A stretch of DNA of 63,359 bases, filler included, from Licmophora abbreviata (lineage: Eukaryota): the NCBI GenBank assembly GCA_900291995.1. It is 12 parts of 12 records of this genome, joined end to end, with 100 filler letters (N's around TTAATTAATTAA, not from the genome) between each part and the next. Parts side by side here need not be neighbours in the genome. Positions count along the whole stretch, not along the records: positions 20,823 to 25,028 come from OLMU01000643.1; positions 25,129 to 27,413 come from OLMU01000645.1; positions 27,514 to 29,020 come from OLMU01000646.1; positions 29,121 to 32,391 come from OLMU01000647.1; positions 32,492 to 37,631 come from OLMU01000648.1; 7 more parts are not named here. The stretch is one strand, 5' to 3'. Position numbers and translations under genes: made by a program. The notes beneath the pieces were generated by a model. That model saw nothing but the letters and a program-made list of their open reading frames with translations. It was not told the DNA's origin and ran no database searches. Below, one piece after another: positions 21,897-34,791 of this stretch (position 1 is its first letter; each line of letters opens with the position of its first letter).

Positions 21897-24800
21897 ATGG
21901 TGCGTCTCATGTGGCATTTTCTGCTGATTGTAGCAGAGGTTTCATGTTGTTGAGGTGTTCAGAAGAAGCTAAATGAATGTTAGAAGCCCTGTACAAAAGA
22001 GAATGAGGAGAAAGGGAAGGAAAATGACAAAGTCGAGTGGAGGCCATATCTGCCTGCCAGATATCATGCATACTGCTCGCCTGTGAACAGTAAATCGACT
22101 TGCGCTCCTTGATTCCTCAGCATTTCTTGCAAGCAATCGCTCTCTTAAATATGTCACTGACAGAGTCTGATATGGAATTCTTGAAAGATCCAAGAAATCT
22201 GATCCAAAGCTCTCTCACATTGTATTTTGTATTCGTCCGCCTTCATCGCTAATTGTCATTTCACACACACATCCCTCACCATCTTGTCTTCTCTCAGCCT
22301 CTTCGTTTGGATATCAAGAAAAAGCTTTCCGCTTCGTCGGAGCGTGTCAAGAGTGTTGACATTCACCCGACCGAACCATGGGTGCTCGCCGCTCTGTACA
22401 GTGGCAATGTCATGATTTGGGACTACGAGACGGGTGGCGTGTGCAAGTCGTTCGAGCTCAGTGAATTGCCAGTCCGTTGTGCCAAATTTGTCGCCCGCAA
22501 ACAGTGGTTTCTGGCGGCTTCTGATGACATGCGTCTGCGTGTTTACAACTACAATACCATGGAAAAGATCAAGGAATTCGAAGCGCACGCCGATTACATT
22601 CGCAGCGTCGAGGTGCATCCGAGTCTCCCGTATGTGGTGAGTAGCTCCGATGACATGACGATCAAGTTGTGGGACTGGGATCGTGGTTTCGATTGCACGC
22701 AGCTGTTCGAAGGACATGCGCACTACGTCATGCAAGTCAAGTTCAATCCCAAGGATACCAACACGTTTGCAAGTGCCAGTCTGGATCGTAGTATCAAGGT
22801 GTGGGGTCTTGGCAGTCACACTCCTCACTACACCCTGGAAGGTCACGAAAAGGGAGTCAACTGTGTAGACTACTATCCGTCCGGAGATAAGCCGTACATT
22901 CTGTCTGGAGCCGATGATCGCACCGTCAAGATTTGGGATTATCAGGTACGTAAGAATATTGCCACTGCTTCGCGGCGGAAGTAGTCGAGAATCTCACGCG
23001 CGTTCCTCTTTTGCTTGTCAACGCCCTAGACCAAGTCGATTGTGCACTCGCTCGAGGGTCATTCGCACAATGTGTGTGCTGTCTTGTTCCATCCCAAGCT
23101 TCCGTTGATCTGCTCCGCCTCCGAGGACGGTACAGTCCGCATCTGGCAGAGCTCTACCTACCGTGCCGAGACGACGCTCAACTACGGCATGGAACGCGCA
23201 TGGGCCTTGGCGGCCTCGCCACAGACTAACAAGCTTGCCATCGGTTTTGATGAGGGCTGCGTCTGTATTGAGCTCGGTTCTGACGAACCCGTCGCTTCCA
23301 TGGATGCCACTGGAAAGGTCGTCTGGGCCATGAACAACGAGATCAAGACGGCATCTGTACGGGGCGTGGCCGGATCGGGAGAAGACGGTCTTCCTGATGG
23401 CGAACGCCTCCCCATCGTCCCTCGTGACTTGGGTGCTTGCGAATTGTATCCGCAGATGCTTCGCCACAACTGCAACGGCCGCTTTGTCGCTGTCTGTGGT
23501 GATGGCGAGTTCATCATCTACACGGCTCAGGCCCTGCGTAACAAGGCTTTTGGTCAGGCGCTTGACTTTGTCTGGTCGGGCTCTGGCACGGGTGACTATG
23601 CGATCCGCGAATCTACCAACAGCGTCAAGATTTACAAGAACTTCAAAGAATCAAGTTCCTTTGTCCCTGCCACGACGTCTGCTGACGGCCTCTTTGGCGG
23701 CCACATGCTCGGTGTCAAGGGTGGCGACTCGGCCGTCTTATTCTATGACTGGGATAGTGGCGAGTTCATTCGCAAGATTGACGTGAGTCCCAAGGAAGCC
23801 TTCTGGTCGGATGCAGGCAACATGTGCCTTCTAGCTTGCGAAGACACTGCCTACGTGCTGTCGTACAACTCGCAAGTGACGGCAAACGCTGTTGCTATGG
23901 GCAACATCTCTCCGGAAGAAGGCGTAGATGGTTCCTTCGACCTTCTATACGAAATTAGCGACACTATTTCTTCTGGAAAATGGGTTGGCGACTGCTTCAT
24001 CTACGTGAACAACAAGGGGCGCCTCAACTATAGCGTCGGCGGACAGATCCAGACGCTTGTCCATTTGGACACTTCGGCGGCAGGAACGACCGTGCACACG
24101 ATCCTCGGCTACCTTGCCAAGGAGGACCGAGTCTACCTGATTGACAAATCGCTCGGCGTAATTTCGTACAGTGTCCTGCTGGCCGTCTTGCAGTATCAGA
24201 CTGCTGTCATGCGTGGAGACTTTGACGCTGCCAACGAGTTGCTGCCCGCGATCCCAGAGTCTGAGTACACTCGTGTCGCCCGGTTTCTTGAGTCTCAAGG
24301 TTTCAAAGAAGAAGCGCTCGCTGTGACAACTGATCCTGATCACAAGTTCGATCTTGCTCTGGAACTCGGTCAGATCGACATCTCTCACACCCTCTTGTTG
24401 GAGACACCCGAAGAAGATAAGGAATCGACGGATACTCTGGCAAAGTGGAAGAAGCTTAGTGACGCCGCTTTAAAGGACACCAACCTCGCCCTTTGCGAGT
24501 CGGCAAGTATCTCAAGCAACGACTTCTCCGGTCTGTTGCTACTGTATTCTGCCACAGGAAATCTCGAAGGCATGGAGAAATTGGCGAAGCTGGCCACCGA
24601 AGGCGGCAAGACGAACGTTGCCTTTATCGCCAATCTTCTCACAGGCAACGTCGAAGCTTGCGCCGATTTGCTCATTGCTACAAAACGTCTGCCCGAGGCC
24701 GCCTTCTTTGCGCGAACGTACTTGCCTTCTCGCGTTGACGAAATCGTTGCTTTATGGAAGGAGAATCTGTCTTCCATCAGCGAATCGGCAGCCAACGCTT

Positions 24801-25028
24801 TGGCGTCTCCCAAGGACAATCCCGAACTCTTCCCCGACATGAACATCGCTATGCAGGTGGAACAAATGTTCTTGGCACAACGTGATGCCACGAAGGCGAC
24901 TGGAATTCCTTCGTCGGACTATCTGACCGCCAAGGACGACTTGGAGCTTAATTTGATTGACTTGATCAAGGCTCGTTCAGCCCCCGAAGTCAGCGCGCCC
25001 ATGGAATCTAAGGAAACTGAACCGGAGG
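21897..25028 (+). CDS. COPB2: Coatomer subunit beta' (ATG-only exon 21897-21899, exons 22298-22945 and 23030-gap)
   Basis: Spliced start '[29 protein letters not shown]', WD40 repeats, '[21 protein letters not shown]'. Introns 21900-22297 and 22946-23029; 3' end lost in gap. Confidence 0.95.
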
Positions 25029-25128
25029 NNNNNNNNNNNNNNNNNNNNNNNNNNNNNNNNNNNNNNNNNNNNTTAATTAATTAANNNNNNNNNNNNNNNN
25101 NNNNNNNNNNNNNNNNNNNNNNNNNNNN

Positions 25129-25389
25129 ACAGGAGCTATCATTCTTAGCTCGGTACTGGATCACTTCTTATTGGGTGGACCGTTGACTCCAACCATGACT
25201 ATTGCGGGACTTCAAGTCATTGTCGCGATCTGCAACTATACATTCGACAGTACCCCACATATGGAACTGTCCACAATCGAGATGAAGCGGAGCGGCAGTG
25301 ACGACGAAGCTACCCACATCACTGACTGCGGAGACTCTTTGTTGGAAGAAGGGAAACCCAGTTTCGAGAATTCCAGGCATGGGTACTAG
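25129..25389 (+). CDS. Nucleotide-sugar transporter paralog, 3' fragment
   Basis: 'TGAIILSSVLDHFLLGGPLTPTMTIAGLQVIVAICNYTFD' closely matches the C-terminus of the gene at 25952-27164. Confidence 0.8.
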   Translation, partial: TGAIILSSVLDHFLLGGPLTPTMTIAGLQVIVAICNYTFDSTPHMELSTIEMKRSGSDDEATHITDCGDSLLEEGKPSFENSRHGY

Positions 25390-25951
25390 AGAATAGCTAG
25401 CTTGGCGGTCATCAGTGAAAGCAACTTTCGCGGGGTCGGGGCTCGTAGGTGTTTGATGCAGTCATAGATATATGTTACTTTCGACAAGCGTTCACTACTA
25501 GAGACTTTCATGGGTGTGAGACGAAGGGAATGCACGGTCTTCCATGCTAGCCATCACGAAAGGCAGCTTCCTCGACGACTGATTTGCTTTTCAGATGTAT
25601 CAAGCAGGAATCCACCCGGCGCGCGCAGGACAGTATAATTAGGTACGGATACATTACTTTTCCACTATTGGTAAACGTTAGCTAAATTGATCGACGGTGC
25701 ACCATGCATGCGGTATTGATTCGACAGCGGCAATGACAGAAAGGTCGCTTCGAGATAAGGCGTGCATGTGAAGCTCGAAGCATGCTCGTGAGCCCAAAGT
25801 CTACGCTAGCTTTGCCATTTACTCTTGCAGTACGAAGGGCTAAGTCCTTATTCATCTTCTCACGACCCAGAGTCTGCATTGCGCCAATAGTGTGTTCCAA
25901 AGCAATTACAAAAGCGACACATCAAGCTCTGTCCTTTTTCAAGATCCATAC

Positions 25952-27164
25952 ATGCGCAGTGACAATCAGTCCTCATACGACAGCTCAAAGCAAAAACGAA
26001 GTGGAACCATGTCCTTCAACTGTTTGAGTAGCACCAAGATCATGGTGCTCATGATCTTGTGTCTCCAGAATACGTTGTTCACCGTGCTTCGGCGGTACTC
26101 GCTCGGTGTTCTGAAGGAAACGTACAGCAAGGTAAGCGAAAACCTCTTGTTGTATATCCTGTGCCGCGACAGACACTACCATGAACATGCACGATGCAGA
26201 CCAACACCCCCCTCCCCTCTTTTTGGTTTCGCCTCAGCACGAAGTACTGTTGGTCGGCGAAATCATCAAGATCGTCTTTTCCGCCTACATGATTTCAGGC
26301 ACATTGCCCGACTCTCAATCCTTATCGTATCGCCTGCGCCACCTCGTGCAAAAGTCGGGCAAGATGTTCTTCCTCGCAATTTTGTACGGTGCCATGAACA
26401 TCTTGTCCTTCGTCTCGTTGCGCAACATTGGCGCCGGCATGTTTACAATTTTTGCGCAGCTCAAGATCTTGACGACCGCCACCTTTAGCACGGTCCTTCT
26501 GGGCCGCAAGCACTCTTGGACCAAATGGAGGGCGCTCATTGCGCTCATGTTGGGTACTCTACTCTTTAGTGAACCGATCTGGGGTGATGCAGAGAATCGC
26601 CTCAGTGCTGATGGGAGCGTGTTCTTGGGAACATCTGCTGTACTGATTGAGGTCACACTCTCCGGATTCGCATCCATCTACTTTGAAAAGGTCATCAAGA
26701 CTGACGGCGAACAATTGAATATCTGGGAGCGCAACTTTCAGTTGGCTCTGGGCAGCTTCCCTATCTACGTTGTCTTCCTGATCCAGGGCCAAGGTGGACC
26801 CGCTGGCTACCTGGGTGGCTGGAGTTACGTGGCGCTGCTACTGTCCTCGTTGGGCGCCGCGGGCGGTCTCCTGGTGGCGCTCAGTATCAAGTATGGCGAC
26901 TCGATTCTCAAAACGCTGGCGACCACGGGCGCGATTGTCTTGAGCTCCGTGCTAGATCACTTACTGTTGGGTGGTCCGCTCACTCCCGGCATGGCGCTTG
27001 CCGGCCTGCAAGTTATTATCTCCATCTGCAACTATACCTTCGACACTACCCCAACCGCGGTCGTGCCGCCGCCGGTAATCGAGATTCCCAAGAGCGACGA
27101 TGGAGAAGTCGAATCTCTGTTGGAAACAGGAAGAGTTAGTTTGGATCGATCCAGGCATGACTAA
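25952..27164 (+). CDS. SLC35A-type nucleotide-sugar transporter (exons 25952-26131, 26238-27164)
   Basis: 'QLKILTTATFS', 'SGFASIYFEKVIK', 'IWERNFQL', 'GGLLVALSIKYGDSILK'. Intron 26132-26237; start may instead be 26009. Confidence 0.9.
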
Positions 27165-27695
27165 ACAGTTTGTGGGTTGCCGACGGTGTTCCATGTTCGT
27201 AACTCGTTTTACTATTTAGTCAATGTTTTCAACATTGTTGTTGCTCTTGCTAGATATAAGATGCCCATCTCTGCTACCTACCTCTCTATTAATCTATAGA
27301 GAAAGGGTTCGCTGTGCAGCTGTATTCGTTTGTTATCGTCTCGTCTAGTCGCCTATACACTTTTCATTGATGCATTCGATCACGGAGCGAGAACGCGCGC
27401 CGATTCATTCTCANNNNNNNNNNNNNNNNNNNNNNNNNNNNNNNNNNNNNNNNNNNNTTAATTAATTAANNNNNNNNNNNNNNNNNNNNNNNNNNNNNNN
27501 NNNNNNNNNNNNNTTTTGTGTGATCACCCCGCGAACTCCAACATTCTTCCGACTTCCTACGCGACGCCGACGGAGGAGAGAATCACAAACCTATACATAC
27601 ATATGTGGTACAGCCCTCTCCCCTTTCATCCATACGAGGTTGTCTGAAAAGACCAGTGTTGGAGGGGTGGAGAATCGTGAGGACGACGGCTTCTG

Positions 27696-28667
27696 ATGTC
27701 AACCGGCAGCAAGTATGGATCCGTCACCAGCAGAAGCAGCAGCAAAGGGGACAATCATTCTCAGTCGTCGATACACCCTCTACTCGCGCCGTCCGAGGCC
27801 GAGGTCGCCCTCAATGAAAAGCGCATGCAGCTGTTCGTGCGGGGCAAGTCGGCTGGGCTACTTTACGTGGTCATCATAGTTTGTGGCATGTACGCCGAAC
27901 TCGGTGTCCGCAGCTCACTCATTGACTTTGAGTCTCCTAGCGAGACGGCAGCGAATGTCGCCGGGTATCCGATTGCCTTTCGAGCCGCACTCGTTTCTGA
28001 TTTCATCATGTGCATTGCGGACGTGTTTGTCGCGATCCTTCTTGCAGCCATCCTTATCACAGCGGGCGTTGGTCCTGTAATGGTTGTACTCGCATCGGTC
28101 TTTCGACTCCTACAGACAGCGTTCATCTCGGTGAATCTAATGCATCTCTTTGCTGCCTCGCTGCTACTCGACAAGACACTTCCCGTTGCCGCCGTCGTGT
28201 CTACCACTGTCTTTGGGGAAGGGTCTACTGCTACCGACGTCGGAAAAGACCTCGCGTTTCTCTTTCTCCTCTTGCACAAGTACGGGTACCTGCTTGCTCT
28301 AGGTAAGCTAATAGTGTCTCATCCGCGCAGCCAGACAAAGAGTAGAATCACGATGTGACGTTACATCAGCCAGCTCACACTGTAGGACTCGACTCCCTTA
28401 TCGATGTACAACTCCACAGTCTTTTTTGGCATTTCCATGACTCTCTTCGGTATCATCATTCTCAAGTTTGGTGTCTTTCCCAAGGTGCTCGGTGGTCTCA
28501 TTTTGGTCTCGGGCCTAGGCTACATTACGGACAGTGCCAAGTTTTTCTTGGAGAATGACTACAATGGCGAAATGACCTCCATTCTGATGCTTCCCGCCCT
28601 TGTGGCCGAGTTTGGACTTGCTGGGTGGTTGCTTCTCAAGACTCCGACCTTCGTCGTGAACTATTAG
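27696..28667 (+). CDS. DUF4386-like membrane protein (exons 27696-28302, 28420-28667)
   Basis: 'AGLLYVVIIVCGMYAELGVRSSLI...TAANVAGYPIAFRAALVSDFIMCIADV' and 'FPKVLGGLILVSGLGYITDS...AEFGLAGWLLLK'. Phase-1 intron 28303-28419. Confidence 0.8.
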
Positions 28668-28852
28668 TCTCCTTGCACTTTGAGTTGTTGTAAGATTCCT
28701 GCTTTTTTCACTATTTCAGAATCAACTATAAAGACTCTATACAGCACGAGCAAGTCCACTTGTCAAATGTAATTGTTATATTTACTATACCATGTCTCAC
28801 ACTCCTCTTGCTAGCAACCAGCTCTCCGTCCACAAGCGCGCAGAAGTGTTCT

Positions 28853-30164
28853 TCACACCATTTCCGCAGGGTTGGGTTCAGCAGCCGCAACCTCACTCCG
28901 AAGTGCTCGTTTGGTCCGTGGTGTCGTCGACTCGGGAGAAGCGACAATGGAGGACGGGCCCTCCTCGGTGGCGAGACGGGCCTTCTTTTTGGCCACCTTG
29001 GCATTCAATTCTTCCGAGACNNNNNNNNNNNNNNNNNNNNNNNNNNNNNNNNNNNNNNNNNNNNTTAATTAATTAANNNNNNNNNNNNNNNNNNNNNNNN
29101 NNNNNNNNNNNNNNNNNNNNCTCTTCTGGAGCGGGACGTTTCCGCGGGTGCTTGATTGCCGTAGCGGCAAGCGAAGCCTTTAACTTTTTGTGATGCGTCA
29201 GCTTGGAATGCATGATTTTCTTGGCAGGAGGCATCTTGCGAGAAGCGTGCATTGCAGCGGCACGATGGTCGGCCGTCACAGGAGAGGAAGATCTGCGGGC
29301 TTCGGGCATTGTCATTCGTGATGCACGCTTCGTTCGAGGCGATGAAGGACGCTCGTCTTGCACGTGTCGGTAGTTCGACTCGAGGAGACGAGTAATCGAA
29401 AGCTTGGACGTCAAATCATCGATAGCGTCCACCGCCGATAGTCCTCGTTCTGACATGACCCGGGAGACTGCTCTCGATACGGTCAACGCTTGCGAGGCAT
29501 CTTCCATGCCCATTCCGAAAAGATTCATGGCATAAAAGATCTGTAAGCAAGGTAACGACGTCAGATAAAAGAACGGCGCAAGATGAGGGTGAGATCATGT
29601 TCGTGCAACAGTTGCATAGAAAGCGGAGTTATGGTCGACAAGATCGAGTGCTTGTGTCCCAACTCAAGACCGACGACAGACTGACGCAATGCGTGAGATA
29701 ACGGTAGAGATCGCACGTAGAATTCTACGCAACGGGTTCTCGGCCGCGAGCCGGGACCGAGCCGTGCACGACCACCACCATGGTGATGTCTCCTTTTTCC
29801 GCTCCGTCAATTGCGACTCGTTCCGTCGTAGGTTCCGTAGTTTCACACTGCGCATCCACTGTCAAAGCGAATACCACGAGGATTCGACAGTGAACCCTTT
29901 CTCGGAGCTTACCTCGTCATCCGTGGGTGGAGAAACGGAGCCCGTGGTGCTGAGCTCTCTCAAAAGCGTCGAGGTGGCTCGTTCTCGACTATACCCGCAT
30001 CGTCGCATGAGTTCCAGGATACCCTTGGTCACGGACTGTGTGAAACGAAGATGGGCCTCTGCTAGCGACTGGGAAGGACACGGAGACGCTGCTCGGTGTG
30101 GAATGTGGTCATTCGTGTCGGAACCTGCTGTACCACCGGTAGGATGTGCTCGAATGGCCGTCAT
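28853..30164 (-). CDS. Hypothetical basic (probably nuclear) protein, interrupted by linker
   Basis: Exon 30164-29913, intron 29541-29912, exon 29540-gap. Continuation 'VSEELNAKVAKKKARL...EMV*' after the linker is inferred. Confidence 0.6.
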
Positions 30165-30717
30165 GATTTCTTTCGCTTGTTGGGATGTCTAGTTTCGTTT
30201 CTCTTTCGTCACACGTCCGCGGGATCGGGGGGATGCTGTGCGATGAGGAGGAGTGTCTAGATTGATCAAGAGAGATGAGTGGAAGACGATCGTTGCTTGG
30301 GAGGAGTACTTTCGCCGCCGGTCAACACGGCAGAATTCTGGAGAGTCGATTGTGTCCGCGAGAAGGTTGAAGGAATTCGAACTTGATGAAACGAGCTCTA
30401 CGTAGCAAGTCTACTGCACGCAACGCCAGAACGGGCACGCTCGGGAAAAGAAGATACGATGAGTCGGAGTAGTCGAATACGATACTTGATGCTTGATGGC
30501 AAAAGCACAGCGCCGCCGACCTGCTCCTCGCCATCATCAGCACTACAATATCATACGAGTAAGCGCTTCGAAGGCTCTCACTGCTTGTTGTATTGAACGT
30601 GATCGCTAGAGATCGATACAGTGCGCAAGGGTCTTGCTGCTACTCTCCGTCGAGGCTGTGCCTTTGTAAAAGTGTCGCGAAAGCTGCATCAGAGGTACAC
30701 CTCACATCACTGCTAGT

Positions 30718-32343
30718 ATGTCCGATCCTCCGATGATTCAAAACCATATCGGTGGCGCTTTCCTCCCTCCCTCTAGTCTCGAAACGATTTCAGTGGTAAA
30801 TCCTGCCACTGGAAAGGAAATTGGACGCGTTGGTCTCTCGACCGCGGCCGATGTCAATCAGGCCGTGGCAGCGGCCACGAAGGCCTTCCCAGCGTGGTCG
30901 GCCCTCACGATCAAGGCACGGGCCGCCATGATGCTCAAATTCCATGCCTTGATTCGTCAACACTCGCAAGAACTGGCTGAACTCATTGTCCAAGAAAACG
31001 GAAAGAACATTACGGAAGCTCTCGCCGACGTGGCCAAGGGCAACGAGACGGTCGAATACGCGTGCTCGTTGCCGCAGCTTGCGGCGGGATCGGTATTGCG
31101 AGTGTCGAGTCAAGTGACGTGTCAGGACCGACGGGTTCCGTTGGGAGTTGTGGCGAGTATCGTTCCTTTTAACTTTCCGTTCATGGTACCCATGTGGACG
31201 ACACCCATTGCCTTGGTCATGGGAAACTGTGTGATTGTCAAGCCGAGCGAGAAAGTGCCGCTTACCATGCACCGGGTTGTTGGGCTCATGAAGGAAGCTG
31301 GATTTCCAGATGGCGTGTTTGGGATGGTCCAGGGAGCGAGGGAAGCTGTGGAAGCGATTATTGATCATCCTGATGTCAAGTAAGTACAATGGCATGTGTT
31401 CAAAAATGGCAGCATGCAGAGTGAAGCTCGTGCTGAGAATGCATTGCCTCGTATAAAACGTTTTTTCTCACGGCTCACATACCACCATATCAGGGCCATC
31501 ACCTTTGTGGGGTCCAGCCCTGTCGCATGCGCGGTGGCAAACCGAGCTCGCTCGCTGAACAAACGTGTCACCGCCTTGGGCGGAGCCAAGAACCATTTGG
31601 TTGCCCTACCTGACTGCGAGGTGGAGGGAGCTGCGTCCGACATTTGTGTAAGCTTTGCAGGATGTGCTGGACAGCGATGTATGGCGGCATCGGTCTTGTT
31701 GCTCGTAGGAGAACAGCCGGCGCTTGTTTCCAAGCTTGTCGAGAATGCTCGGAAGATTCAGCCCGGCAATGGGCCTGGTCAAATGGGACCTGTCATTGAC
31801 GAAGCGTCCTACAAGAAGATTGTCGGCTACATTACAGCTGCAGAATCCGGTGGAGCCAAGATTCTCTTGGACGGTCGGTCATGGAAGAATGATGAAGGAA
31901 ACTGGGTCGGTCCCACCGTCATCCTGCACTCGACACCGGCCGATGCGGCCATGAAGGAAGAGATATTCGGGCCTGTCCTTTCGGTGTATGTGACATCGTC
32001 GTGGGAGGAAGCTATTGCTATTGAGAATGAAAGTCCCTTTGGTAACGCTGCATCTGTATACACAACCAACGGCGGGAGCGCGGAATGGTTCTTGTCGAAG
32101 TTTAACGCAGCTATGCTGGGCTTGAATATTGGGATTCCTGTACCACGGGAACCGTTTTCCTTCGCCGGAAAGTACGGAACTCAGAGTAAGTATGGTGATA
32201 TCGACATCACCGGAGATGGAGGGATGGAGTTCTTTAGCAACCGCATAAAGGTGACGAGCAAGTGGCCTCTGGTACGAACGGCAGCAGCTGCTCAACAGAA
32301 TGGTGGTCCGACTGATCATGCAAACTTTGCCGGGACCATGTGA
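30718..32343 (+). CDS. ALDH6: Methylmalonate-semialdehyde dehydrogenase (exons 30718-31379, 31494-32343)
   Basis: 'PFNFPFMVPMW', 'KPSEKVP', 'GGAKNH', catalytic 'AGQRCMA', 'EEIFGPV', 'NIGIPVP'. Intron 31380-31493. Confidence 0.92.
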
Positions 32344-32780
32344 AAAGTACATACATTTTCTATTGCTCGGTCGAAACCAATGGTGACAGTCNNNNNNNNN
32401 NNNNNNNNNNNNNNNNNNNNNNNNNNNNNNNNNNNTTAATTAATTAANNNNNNNNNNNNNNNNNNNNNNNNNNNNNNNNNNNNNNNNNNNNCTATTGCTC
32501 GGTCGAAACCAATGGTGACAGTCATCTCGAGTTCGATCACGCTGCAGAATCCAGTAATGATAATACTAATATGTACTTCCTTGATTATACTGCCCTAATA
32601 CAGCCTTCAATTGTGTTTGATGGACGCTGACGCGTTGTAGGAATGGACCACCCCTCTATATCCCCATCACATGAATCGAATCAATACGGTGCGCTCGCCG
32701 TCACATTTCTAGTCAGTTTCACCTGTAACTTTCTGGCACCCCATCCCATCATCCGTCATCATTCCTCCTCGTCAGCTATT

Positions 32781-33290
32781 TTAGGTGACAATTGCGCTCT
32801 TCGGAGACGGCTTATCGTGAATCTTCTTGTTCCCCTTCGCATGCTCCTCCAGCCAATTGAAAAATACCAAAGATATCAACATCTGCCAGAAAGCGGTTAC
32901 GACATTGGCTGCGGGGGGCTGGCTAGCCTGCGTTTCTTTGGTCGTCTTTTCGTCATCCAGTTCGGGGAGGTCAAATTCACGTGGCTTCGACTCGGTCACC
33001 AGCAGCTTCTTTTCACTGACGTTATCAGTCTCGTCCCCAACGATCGCTGAAGAAGCAACTTGGAAAATATGAGTTCTCGGAGTTCTGACGACGAAATGTT
33101 TTTGGTCCGTCCTATAGCGTGGCTCTCTCTTACCTTTGGAGCTCACTTCCGTGTTTCCCTTTGGAAGACAGCACCCAAAAATGTTCATACACGGCGATCT
33201 GGGGGTCAGATCCAGACTTTCCACCGACTGATCCTGTTTCGTTTCTTCGTCCATTGCGGCGAAAACGTCGTTCATTGCGTGGGGCGCCAT
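32781..33290 (-). CDS. Small hypothetical protein
   Basis: ORF with coding-like composition and one hydrophobic segment near the C-terminus. No recognisable family. Confidence 0.5.
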   Translation of the reverse strand: MAPHAMNDVFAAMDEETKQDQSVESLDLTPRSPCMNIFGCCLPKGNTEVSSKGKREPRYRTDQKHFVVRTPRTHIFQVASSAIVGDETDNVSEKKLLVTESKPREFDLPELDDEKTTKETQASQPPAANVVTAFWQMLISLVFFNWLEEHAKGNKKIHDKPSPKSAIVT

Positions 33291-33567
33291 GATGGTGACC
33301 CAAGCGTGGTGTGAGGAAGAGAACAAAAAGACACACACGACGGGTTGATGCGTGAAAAAAGTGGTGACGAAAGACGAAAGAGTGCAGTCCCTTCAAATCG
33401 AAAACTCTACGAGAGAACCCTACTGAATCTTACGTGCTACGTTTTTAGTATGTTGAACCAGCAAAGATCTCGCGCGGTCCGCGTCCCGGCGCGCAAAAAA
33501 GGATTCGAAACGCATTTTCTTTACGCGCCACACTGTTGTGGCCAAGTAATAGTGAGAAAGGTTCACC

Positions 33568-34575
33568 ATGAGGTCCACGAAGGCTCTTCTGCTCGTATCC
33601 TGGCATGCTATTGCCCTCTCTCAAGCATTCTTGTCCCCTACTGTTACTCGCAAGCAACCTGCCACATCTTCGACCGCCCGAAATCTCAATAATTTCTTCA
33701 ACTTCAACAAGCCCGATGAGAAACCAAAACAAGAAGCCCAGCAGGAGGAAGAAGACACGAACTTGCAGGACGGTGCCTATGACCCGGACGATCCAGTAGA
33801 AAAGATATTTGGCTTTTTCTTTGGAAAACGAGAGGCTGCACCCGCTGGACTAGGTATGCAGTGAGCAGCTACTACTTGCAGTTATGTCGTCCAGATTTGA
33901 AACACTTGTCCCCAAACTCAAAATTCTCACGTTCTCACAGCTCGCTTCGGTCCCGATCGATTTCCCGAACAGTATCCAGCTACAACCACGGAATGGGCAG
34001 ACCCGGTCGATTCTGACGACAAGGCAATGGCTAAAGTCCGACCATTACTAAAGAATACGAATTTGGAGACACGAGGATTGAAACTTACATACGACGCTTC
34101 ACGGAATGGCTGGAATGCCGATACCTTTCACAAGGCGGTCGACAGACTGGGTGGTGCGTTGGTCGTCTGCACCACCCAAAGTGGACTGGTTTGTGGAGGG
34201 TATAATCCGAAGGGGTGGGTTGGATACGGTGAAGCGCGTGGATCGATTGCTGCGTTCCTCTTCGTTTTGAAACCAAACGGCGCTGCCACCAAACTTCGCA
34301 AAGTAGGAGGAGCGGGTCTAGCGCAGATTGACAATCCGGAAAATGGACCGTCGTTTGGAGCCGATTCTCTTGTCATTCCATTATCCAAAGACAATCCACG
34401 TTTGGCGCGGAGTAAGCTGGGGTCGTACTATGAACGCTTTGAGGATGGAACCAACTCGTTGTTCGGAAAGAAGAAGGCAGCAGTGCAGCTGAAAGACTTG
34501 AAAGTATATCACGGGGTGTATGCCGAGGGAGAGTACATTCCATTTACAGACGCCGAGCCTTTTGCCTTGTACTAG
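33568..34575 (+). CDS. Plastid-targeted TLDc domain protein (exons 33568-33853, 33941-34575)
   Basis: Signal ending SQA-F. TLDc motifs 'YDASRNGWNADTFHKAVD', 'GGYNPKGW', 'AFLF', 'GPSFGADSL'. Confidence 0.85.
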
Positions 34576-34791
34576 TACACGGCAGGCAGAATCAAGCTCA
34601 ACCGGCGGGGTTTCACTGGAATTACGAAGGTCGGGACAGGCGCTACAGTTGAACCAAGAAAGATAGAATCATGAACGATTAGCCCTATGTTAGCTGCTTT
34701 CACGGCTTGCTAGTGAGCCAAGTAGCGCGAATAACAGAGAAACCCTATCACACCTTTGACTCTCTCCTTCAATCGCGCTACGCTAGCCAAT

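Noticed and set aside
29716..29729. 14-bp perfect palindrome CGTAGAATTCTACG in an intron
   Set aside because: A single short palindrome is plausible by chance in 63 kb, and there is no supporting structure.
32360..32523. 32-bp direct repeat flanking a gap, resembling a target-site duplication
   Set aside because: An exact overlap of two contig ends across the linker. It indicates adjacent contigs, not an insertion.
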